This document shows, piece after piece, positions 1-9,268 of a DNA stretch of 64,000 nucleotides. The translations under genes and the position numbers were made by a program. The stretch covers positions 32,001-96,000 of the IMG/VR virus record IMGVR_UViG_3300044681_000369. One strand, 5' to 3'. Position 1 is the stretch's first letter. The number at the start of each line of letters is the position of its first letter. The notes under the pieces were generated by a model. It searched no databases and was not told the DNA's origin. It saw nothing but the letters and a program-made list of their open reading frames with translations. The stretch is from a virus.

Positions 1-964
1 TATTTGTAGCACGTTGAATATTGTCGTGAATATCAAAGGACTTATAGAAATCGTTTTGATTATTATCAACATGATCTAAGTCATCTTGCATAGTCTTTGC
101 TTTGGCGTCTTTTGTTTTCTGCATCTTAACGGCATCAATAAGTTTCTGGTGCTTATTTCTCAGAAAATCTTTATATCCTTTGACGCTAGGTTGATCGCCA
201 GTTTCTACGGTCTGATTGATGTAAGACCGCATATGCCCTTCATGACCTCTTAGATGATCCCAAGAATGCCCATGCATCAATTCGGATGCACGGTCAAGAT
301 GTTGTCTTGCTTGTTCTTTATCTTTAGCATTCAAGAGCATGTGTTCCGGTTCAACGATGTGTGGAACCATGTGAACGTCTGGATGAGAACCAAAGTCGGA
401 CATATCTGTAATTGGTTCAGCCTTACGTTCTGGACCAACAAGACGAGTGTGTACTGTGAGGCTTACTTTTGATCGGGCAAGTCTTTGTCCTTCTGGACTA
501 TTTTTATGTGCCCGATATTCGACTGTGTTTGGTGTATGAGAAATTTCACCAGCAGGAGTAACTGTTCTAGTCTGTGGGGTAGACATAAATCCACCCTGAT
601 ATTCTCCTGGCTCTTTAGGAAGAACTTTACTGGCGTGTGCTAAAAGTGCATGAAGAGGACCAGCAACATAAGGCTTATCGGCATACTGTGCATCGATGTC
701 ATCTGGAGTATGATTGTATCTTGCGCCCTTGCCTTTATATTTTACTGAGACTGAACCGTCTGGATTTCGCATAAGATGGACTGACATTCTATCATCAATC
801 TTGCGAGTCATGTTGGCTTTACCAGCTAAAGCGCCACGCAATGTCTTCATTGCGTGGTCAGCGGCTTCAGCTCCATCAAAGTATCTGTCAGATGGATGCT
901 CAATGTGAGCAATTCCATCTTTATGTTCTACTTCTTCAGACAAGTATTCTCTAAACAAAAACAT
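1..964 (-). CDS. Conserved T4-like phage protein (DUF6267-like), runs off the left edge; possible capsid-internal protein
   Basis: Hand translation from ATG at 964: MFLFREYLSEEVEHKDGIAHIEHP...TRKIDD...HTPNTVEY...SKVSLTVHT, resembling the DUF6267 pattern (HxEH, TxKxDG, xPNT, HT). TATAAATA lies at 996-1003. Not in the ORF track because it has no stop in the window; only the first ~175 codons were translated. Confidence 0.6.
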   Translation of the reverse strand, partial: MFLFREYLSEEVEHKDGIAHIEHPSDRYFDGAEAADHAMKTLRGALAGKANMTRKIDDRMSVHLMRNPDGSVSVKYKGKGARYNHTPDDIDAQYADKPYVAGPLHALLAHASKVLPKEPGEYQGGFMSTPQTRTVTPAGEISHTPNTVEYRAHKNSPEGQRLARSKVSLTVHTRLVGPERKAEPITDMSDFGSHPDVHMVPHIVEPEHMLLNAKDKEQARQHLDRASELMHGHSWDHLRGHEGHMRSYINQTVETGDQPSVKGYKDFLRNKHQKLIDAVKMQKTKDAKAKTMQDDLDHVDNNQNDFYKSFDIHDNIQRATN

Positions 965-995
965 AGGAAGTCCATAACTTTTATACAGTACCCCC

Positions 996-1003
996 TATTT
1001 ATA
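996..1003 (-). promoter_or_regulatory. T4-type late promoter TATAAATA
   Basis: Exact match 32 nt upstream of ATG 964; gp55 is encoded in the window. Confidence 0.75.
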
Positions 1004-1007
1004 AGAG

Positions 1008-1466
1008 TTAGGCTTCAGTTTTTACGTTTAATCCGGTTGGAAGGTTTGCAAAAATTCGCTCAAGCTCTTCTTCAACATCAATTTCAAGTAGATTAATAGG
1101 AGGAAAATCTACTGCACCATTTAGATTCAACTGAAAATGTTCTGAGTTTGTGGGCATGTCAGCGAGATATATTTGCCAACCAGCAACAGTTTCCCTCTGA
1201 TCAAAACTACCACCCTCAAACATGTGGGCAACTTTTTGCACCTGTTGTACAATCTCTTCCATGGTTGGAGGACCCTTAAAAAATCCACCTAGATATTCTT
1301 TACCACCAACAATCTTCCATAGGGGCATATCTGTATTACCCACATTTGCCCAGGTATGACTTGCGATAATCAACTTTAGAGGCAAATCTTCTTCGGGAAT
1401 TGTAGGAACATCTAGTTCCACATTTACCGGTTCTTTTAAATTAATCTGTACTACATTATCACTCAT
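1008..1466 (-). CDS. Hypothetical protein
   Basis: 152-aa ORF with GAGG SD, co-oriented with neighbours. Confidence 0.7.
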   Translation of the reverse strand: MSDNVVQINLKEPVNVELDVPTIPEEDLPLKLIIASHTWANVGNTDMPLWKIVGGKEYLGGFFKGPPTMEEIVQQVQKVAHMFEGGSFDQRETVAGWQIYLADMPTNSEHFQLNLNGAVDFPPINLLEIDVEEELERIFANLPTGLNVKTEA

Positions 1467-1483
1467 TATTTACCTCATTAAAC

Positions 1484-1560
1484 TGGCGTCCCGTAAGAGA
1501 TTCGAACTCCTGACCTAGTGCTTAGAAGGCACTTGCTCTATCCGGCTGAGCTAACGGGAC
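1484..1560 (-). tRNA. tRNA-Arg(UCU)
   Basis: Reverse complement GTCCCGTTAGCTCAGCCGGATAGAGCAAGTGCCTTCTAAGCACTAGGTCAGGAGTTCGAATCTCTTACGGGACGCCA: cloverleaf, anticodon stem AGTGC/GCACT, loop CT-TCT-AA, TTCGAA T-loop, encoded CCA. Confidence 0.95.
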
Positions 1561-1568
1561 ATATTATT

Positions 1569-1597
1569 ATAATAGCAAACTTCTATTGGGATGTCAA
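1569..1597 (-). promoter_or_regulatory. sigma70-type promoter for the tRNA
   Basis: TTGACA-17 nt-TATTAT with TG extension. Confidence 0.7.
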
Positions 1598-1598
1598 G

Positions 1599-2981
1599 TT
1601 AAAAATTAAATTTACTTACATCTCTTTTACCAAAGGATGAGTTTTCGAACACCGGAACATCATCACCAGAGTCGGTAATATCTGCCTGTTCGGATTCCTC
1701 AAGATCATACAGCCGCATCTTGCCCCGGTCAATACCAACCATAAAGCGTTTGTTTATACCAGGATCATTGTATCGATTCTTCAACTGCTTAATCATTAGC
1801 TGTCCCATCTTCTCTAGGTCTTCGGTGGAAATTAGGGCAAACATCAAGTCGGCGGTTGCTGGCAAACCAAAAGATTCGGATGTGTCTGTAAGTTCAACAT
1901 CTGAGTTTGCATAACCACTGCGAGTTGTTTGTGTAGCAGATACAATAGGAACATTAAACTCGACAGCAAGACCGCGCAACTCTTCTGCAATACTCTTAAC
2001 ATATGTATAAGAATTTACGGAACCGCCCTGCTTGATTCGACTTGATGCCGCAATATTCAAGTAGTCAACAAAAATAATGTCCGGAGAAAAGTTTCTCTTT
2101 AGTGCAAGTTCATTCAACAGGGCTTTGAAGTGACCCACGTGGGCACCAGCAGTTGGATATTCCTTGATGATCAATCTACCCTCGGTCTTCGATTTGATCT
2201 TACTAATTCTCTGCTCAAACATTTTCCGAGGCAGGTCTTTAAGTTCTTGAATATTGACATTCATCAAGTTGGCGTCAATACGTTCGGCAATGCGCTCTTC
2301 TGCCATCTCTAGGGTAATATAGAGTACATTCTTTCCTTGTGATAATGCACCGGCTGCCACATGACACATAAACAAAGATTTACCAACGCCAGTACCAGCA
2401 AGGGCAATATTCAAAGTCTTGTTTGGCAAACCACCATTAGTGATTTTATTTAACATTTCAAGATCAAAAGGAATCTTTTCTTCCTTCTGATGGTAGAAGT
2501 CATAACGATTGTCGGCATTATCGATATAATCGTGTCCGACATTATTGTCAAACCCTACGGCAAGGGCATCGGATAAGATTGAAGGAATGCCATCTTGAGA
2601 AAAGTCTTTGTTACTACCATCTATAATCTGAATAGACTTCATGATGGCATTATATACGGCTTGATCTTTACAAAACTTTTCTGTGGATTCCAAAAGCCAA
2701 GAAGTATTTACTTCAACATCATCATCAATTCCAGTAAGTGTTTCAACAATTTTGGTAAACTCACGCTCGTTTATGCGTTTATCATTTTGTACTGTAATTG
2801 TGATTGCATCAACTGTAGGCAAGGCATTATACTTACCAACAAACTCTCGCACATAAGAAAAAATGGTGCGCTCGGCACCGTCCTGGAAATATTCGTCTTT
2901 TAAAAACGGAATAACCTTTCGCAAATAGTCTTCGTCTGAAAACAATTTACTGAGAATGATTGTCTCTATCTTCTTCTGCAT
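1599..2981 (-). CDS. gp41: Replicative DNA helicase (T4 gp41, DnaB-like)
   Basis: Walker A AGTGVGKS, YITLEMAEE, IIFVDYL, ATQTTR, KQLKNRY. Confidence 0.96.
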   Translation of the reverse strand: MQKKIETIILSKLFSDEDYLRKVIPFLKDEYFQDGAERTIFSYVREFVGKYNALPTVDAITITVQNDKRINEREFTKIVETLTGIDDDVEVNTSWLLESTEKFCKDQAVYNAIMKSIQIIDGSNKDFSQDGIPSILSDALAVGFDNNVGHDYIDNADNRYDFYHQKEEKIPFDLEMLNKITNGGLPNKTLNIALAGTGVGKSLFMCHVAAGALSQGKNVLYITLEMAEERIAERIDANLMNVNIQELKDLPRKMFEQRISKIKSKTEGRLIIKEYPTAGAHVGHFKALLNELALKRNFSPDIIFVDYLNIAASSRIKQGGSVNSYTYVKSIAEELRGLAVEFNVPIVSATQTTRSGYANSDVELTDTSESFGLPATADLMFALISTEDLEKMGQLMIKQLKNRYNDPGINKRFMVGIDRGKMRLYDLEESEQADITDSGDDVPVFENSSFGKRDVSKFNF

Positions 2982-3183
2982 TTATTTCCTCAAACAGTTC
3001 ATCATTAAGAGTATCTAGCCACGCTTGTTCGGCACAATTTTCACAAACGTATACTTCAAATTCTACACCAAGTTGTTCTCCATGTAAACAGATTGCGGCA
3101 TCTTTTTTGGGGTCGATGCCGCAACCACATTGATCACAAATTTTCGTATTCTTCTGAAATATCTTCGTCAGAAATTTCAACAT
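2947..3183 (-). CDS. Small Cys-rich (CxxC...CxxC) hypothetical protein
   Basis: CDQC...CENC; start trimmed to ATG MLKFL; overlaps uvsX and gp41. Confidence 0.5.
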   Translation of the reverse strand: MLKFLTKIFQKNTKICDQCGCGIDPKKDAAICLHGEQLGVEFEVYVCENCAEQAWLDTLNDELFEEINAEEDRDNHSQ

Positions 3184-4216
3184 TATCTGTCTCCAGCATT
3201 TGACCACCAGCCATGCGATAGCGTTTCTCAATCCATTGAGCAAATGTTTCATCAGTTAAAATGGGCATCCAAAATTCCTTGGAATAGGTATCTTTGATGC
3301 GAAACTTCTTATCTTCAACTTCACCGGTGGTAATATTAACCCTAGAATACCAACCGTTGCTCGGCTTGACAACGTGACCAGATGCTATAGCCATATCTAG
3401 CAATCCTGACCACTTGGCAATACCACCCTCAAATGTAACCTCAATAGGAATCTTAGACTTCTCTCGGACGTAGCGTGACTTCTCTACGTTAATGATGAAG
3501 TTATAACCTACAATGTCTGTGCCCTCTTTCTCTTGCTGGCGACCAATGATAAAGATGTTGTCAGCAGAGTAGTAAATGCCTGTTCCGCCAGATACGATAT
3601 CCTTAGGAAACATGCCGATTTCTTTGTAGGTGTGATTGACAACAATAGCAGGAATATCTTTAAGCGTCAAGTGTGGAGTGATCATACGAAACAGAGACTT
3701 CATCTGCTTGGCACGGGTCATGTCAGCAACCGACTTACCATCAATTGCATCTTCAACTTCCTTCTTTGAAGCAAGATTGCCAACGGAATCGACAACAATC
3801 ATCACTCGGTCAGACCTTTCAAGATCATTCAACTGCGACATAATATCATGCTTCAACTGTTCGATATCAGTGATGGGCGTATGTACAACCTTGTCAGTAT
3901 CGATACCAAAGTTCTCAAAGTATGCTTGAGGCGCACCAAACTCGGAATCATAAAACAGAATAATACCATCTTCATACTTCTGTTGAAAGCTCTTGGCAAG
4001 CAACATAGCAAATGCTGTTTTGAAGTGCTTAGATGGACCAGCAAATACAGTCAGACCTGGAGTCAGACCGCCATCAAGTTTACCAGAAAGTGCCACGTTT
4101 AAAACTGGCACAGAGGTCTGGATCAAATCTTTTGTACTAAACAGCTTGCTACTTGAAAGAACACTAGTTTCTTTAATGGTGCTGTTCTTCTTCAGTTTCT
4201 CTAATAGATTACTCAT
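3134..4216 (-). CDS. uvsX: UvsX RecA-like recombinase
   Basis: AGPSKHFKT, FYDSEFG, DSVGNLASKKE, SGGTGIYYSAD; start trimmed to MSNLL. Confidence 0.96.
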   Translation of the reverse strand: MSNLLEKLKKNSTIKETSVLSSSKLFSTKDLIQTSVPVLNVALSGKLDGGLTPGLTVFAGPSKHFKTAFAMLLAKSFQQKYEDGIILFYDSEFGAPQAYFENFGIDTDKVVHTPITDIEQLKHDIMSQLNDLERSDRVMIVVDSVGNLASKKEVEDAIDGKSVADMTRAKQMKSLFRMITPHLTLKDIPAIVVNHTYKEIGMFPKDIVSGGTGIYYSADNIFIIGRQQEKEGTDIVGYNFIINVEKSRYVREKSKIPIEVTFEGGIAKWSGLLDMAIASGHVVKPSNGWYSRVNITTGEVEDKKFRIKDTYSKEFWMPILTDETFAQWIEKRYRMAGGQMLETDNVEISDEDISEEYENL

Positions 4217-4646
4217 TGCCATAGCCCTTCCACTCTTCAACATTTATACCGTTATTAATATAGACTTCACAACCACTAGATTGCCAGCCAGCATCATCTA
4301 AAAATTCAAAACCAAGTTCACCGTGTTTCTCTATGAATTCCTCTTCTTCATCGGAATCCATTTCTGTGCCGTGAAAATAGATGTCTTCCGAACAGCCGTC
4401 ATAGGTAGAGAGTAGTTCCCACTCAGAAAAGGCAGAAACCTCAAACTCCTCTTCAGACAAAATGCCTTCATGTAACATGACAACCTCATCCTCATCGGCT
4501 GGCACGATAACATATTCGCCATATCTCCAGCAGGTAACAACTTCAACGCTACCTGGAAGATCCGAATGATTAAAGTATTCACACTCAACGACAGACTTTT
4601 TAAACTTCGGTTCTACCCGATAAGACTTTCCGATTTCAATCATCAT
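4209..4646 (-). CDS. Acidic hypothetical protein
   Basis: 145-aa ORF, GGAG SD, overlaps uvsX start. Confidence 0.7.
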   Translation of the reverse strand: MMIEIGKSYRVEPKFKKSVVECEYFNHSDLPGSVEVVTCWRYGEYVIVPADEDEVVMLHEGILSEEEFEVSAFSEWELLSTYDGCSEDIYFHGTEMDSDEEEEFIEKHGELGFEFLDDAGWQSSGCEVYINNGINVEEWKGYGNE

Positions 4647-4677
4647 TTATTGCACTCCTACAAGTTTTATTAGGAAG

Positions 4678-4707
4678 AATATAACACAAAGATGTCATGT
4701 CTGTCAA
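4678..4707 (-). promoter_or_regulatory. sigma70-type promoter upstream of the hypothetical/uvsX/gp41 unit
   Basis: TTGACA-18 nt-TATATT with TG extension. Confidence 0.55.
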
Positions 4708-4713
4708 GACATT

Positions 4714-5505
4714 TTATAAAATACCGTCTCGTCTCATCGACTCTCGTATCTTTGTGGCACTAACAGAATGGATAGCATCATCGAATACTTCTTGTTCAAT
4801 CTTATATCCGACATCACGACCATAAGTAATGTTTACGATGTTTGGTGCAAGATAAATTCTAAACTTACCTGCATACTCATATAATTCTTGTTCGATGTTG
4901 GCGGCAATATCCGCTTGATTCCAAGGATTACTTTCCGAAATAGGCATATCACGAATTAGAATAGCTACCTGTCCGTGCTTTGCCAATGCTCTCTCAAACA
5001 ACGCACGGTGCCCGGCGTGAAATGGCTGAAAGCGACCCAACATCTGAGTGGTTGGTTGATTAGTTTGAAACTCGCTATCCTTAATATCGACAGCCAAGAG
5101 TTTAGCCCAACGTTCAACCCATTCATCACTCCACCACTCGTCGGCTGTAATTTCCATATCAACGATATCTGGTGCTTCAAACATCTTGTTGGTATCTTCA
5201 AAGCGACCTTCTTTGATGGTGTTCATCCAGATCACATAGTCAGCTTTAAATTCTTCACGCAACGCTTGTGTCGGACATACAAAGTCAGCCATGCCATAGC
5301 GACCGTCCAATACACTCTTCCAGGTAAGATCGTACATGCGCTTCATTTGACGGGTACGACCTTCTGGGCTAAAATCCCAATCATCAAACTGCTTACGAAC
5401 ACTGTCGGCATTATACCAGTCAGCGTTACCAAGTGTTTCCTTTAAACGTTTAGCCAGCGTAGTCTTGCCAGCCCCAGGTAAACCACATATCAAAATCCGT
5501 TTCAT
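4714..5505 (-). CDS. Fusion: APS-kinase-like P-loop kinase + HxGH (cytidylyltransferase-like) nucleotidyltransferase
   Basis: N-term GLPGAGKTT and NADSVR..DWDFSPEGR; C-term GRFQPFHAGH and SATKIRE. Confidence 0.8.
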   Translation of the reverse strand: MKRILICGLPGAGKTTLAKRLKETLGNADWYNADSVRKQFDDWDFSPEGRTRQMKRMYDLTWKSVLDGRYGMADFVCPTQALREEFKADYVIWMNTIKEGRFEDTNKMFEAPDIVDMEITADEWWSDEWVERWAKLLAVDIKDSEFQTNQPTTQMLGRFQPFHAGHRALFERALAKHGQVAILIRDMPISESNPWNQADIAANIEQELYEYAGKFRIYLAPNIVNITYGRDVGYKIEQEVFDDAIHSVSATKIRESMRRDGIL

Positions 5506-5538
5506 ATATTACCCTTTAAAAATATTAAATTACTCCCA

Positions 5539-6267
5539 TTACAGGTCCGTTCTCCGCCTTTTGTTTGCTACAAGTGCATCTAAAAATACATTAGGATTGT
5601 TATTGCACAAAGATGCCATGTGCGTCAAGTCTTTTGGTAAACATTTGCCACCAAAACCAAAATTACCATCTGGTCCAGGAACATTCCAATGTGTTCCTCC
5701 TACAACAGGATCAGCCTCTAAGAGACTGTGAAGCATGTCATAGTTCATATGATAATCATTACAAATTTGATAAAATTCGTTTGCTATAGCAACTCTCATT
5801 GCAAGTGCAGTATTTCTAGCCAACTTATACATCATCGCTGGCACATTGCTTACATAGTAGCAACGCTTATGTGGAAAATATTCTTGTAGAGTTTGGCATA
5901 AATTTCCATCACCTACAATGATGGGCAACAAAGGATCATCCACATCTTCTTTCCAATGTTTTTCCCTTAGAAATTCGGGCATCATAATTGCTCCCGGAAA
6001 TTCAGGAACTTGATCTGGTCCTATGGTGCTTCTAATGACTACTGTGCCTTTATCTTTCCAATACTCATAGCATTCAGAAAGAACGGAAATGTCTAGAGAA
6101 TTGCCAACCAATGGAGTTGGAACACATAGAAAAATATAATCATAGCTATCTTTATCGGCAAACATCATCTTTGCCGGATCATCAATATCGATATCTACAT
6201 CAGTATTTCTAAAAAGATACTCTGTGGCAATTCCAACAAAGCCATAACCAACAATTAAAATATTCAT
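5539..6267 (-). CDS. ugd: UDP-glucose/GDP-mannose dehydrogenase family protein (short form)
   Basis: GYGFVG Rossmann motif, FLCVPTP, RST, PEFLRE, catalytic GFGGKCLPKD. Confidence 0.85.
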   Translation of the reverse strand: MNILIVGYGFVGIATEYLFRNTDVDIDIDDPAKMMFADKDSYDYIFLCVPTPLVGNSLDISVLSECYEYWKDKGTVVIRSTIGPDQVPEFPGAIMMPEFLREKHWKEDVDDPLLPIIVGDGNLCQTLQEYFPHKRCYYVSNVPAMMYKLARNTALAMRVAIANEFYQICNDYHMNYDMLHSLLEADPVVGGTHWNVPGPDGNFGFGGKCLPKDLTHMASLCNNNPNVFLDALVANKRRRTDL

Positions 6268-8762
6268 GCAAACAAGTCCTCAAGTGATGCTTTCGGTTCA
6301 GTATGCCAGCCAAGACCCTTGATAATGCCATCTAGCGGATCGAGGAAAGACTTCTGAAACATAGTATTGTAATCAACGTACTTATGTATATCAAATTCTG
6401 GCGGCAATTTGCCTAGGAATGAGATACAATTTTCACGCATGGTATTAGGTTCAGTAAGGTAAAGATATTTGATCTTCTCGCCCTCTTGAATTGACTCATA
6501 CTTTTTGGTAAGTTTGTTTTGTTCAAGGTAAAAATTGTATAGCAGTGCGCCACGAACATGAAGCGGCGTACCCTTGCTGTAGATGTCTGCCCTAGAGGCA
6601 TACTTCGACATACCATTTACGCTCCGTGGGAAGGCAATATCTTCTGGCGGCAAGGCTTTGAAGTCTTTTCTAACCGTCTCAATGAAAGCCTGAAGTGTAC
6701 GCTCATCCTTGGTTAAAATCAGACGCACGGCTTCTCTAAGAGTTTCACGAACTGGTGCGGGAGTGGAAGATTTGACAATTTCCAAACCCATGACTTTCAG
6801 TTTTGGGGTTTGATACCTAACACCTTCATTATCCAGGACATTAAGGGCATACCGCTTCTTCGCAACCCAAATGCCACGTTCCGCGATTGCTTCACGCTTG
6901 AAGATAATCTTCTTCTGAAATGCATTCGTGTATTCCGCCAGCTGATCGCAGGATTTGTTGATTGCCTGCGATATCTTCTCCTCACAGACCTTATCCAAAA
7001 TGCCAACGAGTTTATCATTACTGACACCATGATAATACTTATTAACAAGAGGCTCCAGGGAAATATAGCAAGAGTCAGTATCACTGTAGAAAGAGTAGTC
7101 GTAGTCATCCGTTCCAACAACCTTGTTCAAGAAGACATTGATCGAATTGCCGACTTGTTGAATGACATACTGACCAGTCATGGTAATACCCTCTGCAATT
7201 CTGGCATCATAGTAACGAAAGTATTCATTACCCATGGCACCAAAGAGAGAGTTCAACTGGATCTTTCTAGCCATCTGGAAGTTATTGTACTTCGAAATGT
7301 CATTTTTTAGTTTGGGATCTTTGGTCTTTTCGTATTCCTGTTGTGCCTTGATCATCAACTTCTTGTACCGTTGGCGATCATCAAAAAACTTTTCGACAAT
7401 CTCAGGAAATAAACCTTGCTTTTCTCTGGTATAACAATAGCCATTTGCGGCCATACAAAGATTTTCTTGCTTGAGATTTTCAAAGTCTTGCTTACCGTCA
7501 AGCAATGCGGCAACAGTGGTATCATAGACATTCGTTGGCTTGAATGTCTCCGGTGACATGTTGTATTGCATAATGATGGAAGGATACAGTGAGGTGGCGT
7601 CAAACGAAACTACCCAGTCATACTTGCCAGGCTTAGGCTCTTTGACATATGCACCTTCGATACCACGACCTTGCTGGTCACGTTTTTGTGGTATCTGAAT
7701 ATTCTTCTCATGAAGGTGATTGTAGATCAAGCAATCCCAGGTGCGTACTTGCGAGAATACATCCTGATAGTTACACTTGGCGTCATACGCCATAGTCAAA
7801 ATCAGTTCAACCAGCTTCAGTTTATGTTCCAGTTCATCCACAAGTTCAACGTCATGGATGTTGTACTCAACAAATCTTTGCCAGTCTTTGGTATAAAACT
7901 CGCGGAAACTATCGTAAGAATGTTCTAGTTTCTTTTTACCGAGTTCCTCGGCTGCAATATGATCCAGCTTGTAGGACTCTTGGCGGGTGTATGTAAACTT
8001 CTTATATAGATCAAGGTAGTCAAGCACCGCAACGCCGGTGATGTCATATTTAATGAAGTCACGCCCCATGATGTTCTGCACATTTCTGCGAACAAGACCC
8101 CAAGGCGAGAATTTCTTTTTCCACGTGGTATCTTCTTCATCACACATTGTCCGTTCGACTCGGGCAAGGAGATATGGAATATCAAAGAGTTCACAGTTCC
8201 AGCCAGTTACAACGTCTGGTTGATCAGCCGACCACTCTTGAATGAATGCCTTGAGAAGAGATTCCTCGTTGGCATATTGCCGATAGTCCACATCATCACG
8301 ATGGTTATTGAAGGGTCGAGTACCCCAGGTAATTATCTGTCCAGAGTTCAGGTCTCGGATAGAGATCAGCAAAACTTCTTCAACGGGGTTTGCAATCTCT
8401 GGGAAACCAAACTCGGTTGAAGTCTCAATATCAATTGTCCAGATTTTAATCTTGGAAATATCCCAGTTAATCTCGCCGGGATAATTTGCCGTGATGTACT
8501 GATAGCCAAAGTTAGTCTGGCCATAGATAGGAAAGTTCTCAACGTCTTTGTATTGCTGAGTAAATTCCTTGGCTTCTTTGCCATCGGTAAAGTTTAGCGG
8601 CTGAAGATATTCGCCATAAAGCGACTTATATTTGGTCGGTTCTTTGGCCTTAACGAACAAAACGGGAGAGAAGTCTGCCCGCTTTGTGACTCGTTTGCCG
8701 TTCTCTATGCCACGGGTGAGAACCTTGGCACCATATTGATACGCACAGGTATAGAAGTTCAT
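6264..8762 (-). CDS. gp43: DNA polymerase, family B (T4 gp43)
   Basis: ExoI DIET, FDATSLYPS, KIQLNSLFG, YSDTDS, KKRYALNV. Confidence 0.97.
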   Translation of the reverse strand: MNFYTCAYQYGAKVLTRGIENGKRVTKRADFSPVLFVKAKEPTKYKSLYGEYLQPLNFTDGKEAKEFTQQYKDVENFPIYGQTNFGYQYITANYPGEINWDISKIKIWTIDIETSTEFGFPEIANPVEEVLLISIRDLNSGQIITWGTRPFNNHRDDVDYRQYANEESLLKAFIQEWSADQPDVVTGWNCELFDIPYLLARVERTMCDEEDTTWKKKFSPWGLVRRNVQNIMGRDFIKYDITGVAVLDYLDLYKKFTYTRQESYKLDHIAAEELGKKKLEHSYDSFREFYTKDWQRFVEYNIHDVELVDELEHKLKLVELILTMAYDAKCNYQDVFSQVRTWDCLIYNHLHEKNIQIPQKRDQQGRGIEGAYVKEPKPGKYDWVVSFDATSLYPSIIMQYNMSPETFKPTNVYDTTVAALLDGKQDFENLKQENLCMAANGYCYTREKQGLFPEIVEKFFDDRQRYKKLMIKAQQEYEKTKDPKLKNDISKYNNFQMARKIQLNSLFGAMGNEYFRYYDARIAEGITMTGQYVIQQVGNSINVFLNKVVGTDDYDYSFYSDTDSCYISLEPLVNKYYHGVSNDKLVGILDKVCEEKISQAINKSCDQLAEYTNAFQKKIIFKREAIAERGIWVAKKRYALNVLDNEGVRYQTPKLKVMGLEIVKSSTPAPVRETLREAVRLILTKDERTLQAFIETVRKDFKALPPEDIAFPRSVNGMSKYASRADIYSKGTPLHVRGALLYNFYLEQNKLTKKYESIQEGEKIKYLYLTEPNTMRENCISFLGKLPPEFDIHKYVDYNTMFQKSFLDPLDGIIKGLGWHTEPKASLEDLFA

Positions 8763-8786
8763 AATATATCCTTACTTTATTCAATC

Positions 8787-8815
8787 ATTATATAACATCC
8801 ACATACGAAAGTAAA
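8787..8815 (-). promoter_or_regulatory. sigma70-type promoter for gp43
   Basis: TTTACT-17 nt-TATAAT. Confidence 0.6.
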
Positions 8816-8820
8816 GAGGT

Positions 8821-9258
8821 TTATTTGCACCAGGGAGACTTTGTTCCTCCGTCATATGGTACAGCCAGGCCTTCACGGATCTGCATATCAGCAAAGGATA
8901 CCCCATTGATGTAGACATGAGCATCTATACGGCCACCGTACTTGTCCCAGCTTACCAGAACGACCTGGACGATCTGGCCAGGCTTGATAGTAGCCTTTGC
9001 GTATTCAGTTGCCTTGTCTCCTAGCTTCGCCTCCGCTGTGCATTTAGCTCTGCCACCCTTCTCTGGAGTGTCAATCCCAACGATGCGTAGGGCAATATCG
9101 TCACCTAGCTCCTTTGGTAGCCAGGGCGCCTTGACCCGAATGGTGTCACCGTCGGTTACCTTTGTGACCTCGTAGTCATACTTTGTCTGGGCCTGGGCAG
9201 GGACGGTGGCTACAATTCCAACCAAAAGGAATGTAACAATCCCTAACAAGTTTTTCAT
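8821..9258 (-). CDS. Thermonuclease (SNase family) with signal peptide
   Basis: VTDGDTI, LRIVGIDTPE, DKYGGR, GLAVPYDG; hydrophobic N-terminus ending AQA. Confidence 0.85.
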   Translation of the reverse strand: MKNLLGIVTFLLVGIVATVPAQAQTKYDYEVTKVTDGDTIRVKAPWLPKELGDDIALRIVGIDTPEKGGRAKCTAEAKLGDKATEYAKATIKPGQIVQVVLVSWDKYGGRIDAHVYINGVSFADMQIREGLAVPYDGGTKSPWCK

Positions 9259-9268
9259 ACGCATACCC

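Noticed and set aside
254-1096. Short plus-strand ORFs at the left edge
   Set aside because: They lie antisense to the real minus-strand gene that starts at 964
1484-1560. Amber-suppressor (CUA) tRNA and stop-codon recoding
   Set aside because: The loop CTTCTAA contains CTA, but the 5-bp stem fixes the anticodon as TCT; core genes are full length in the standard code
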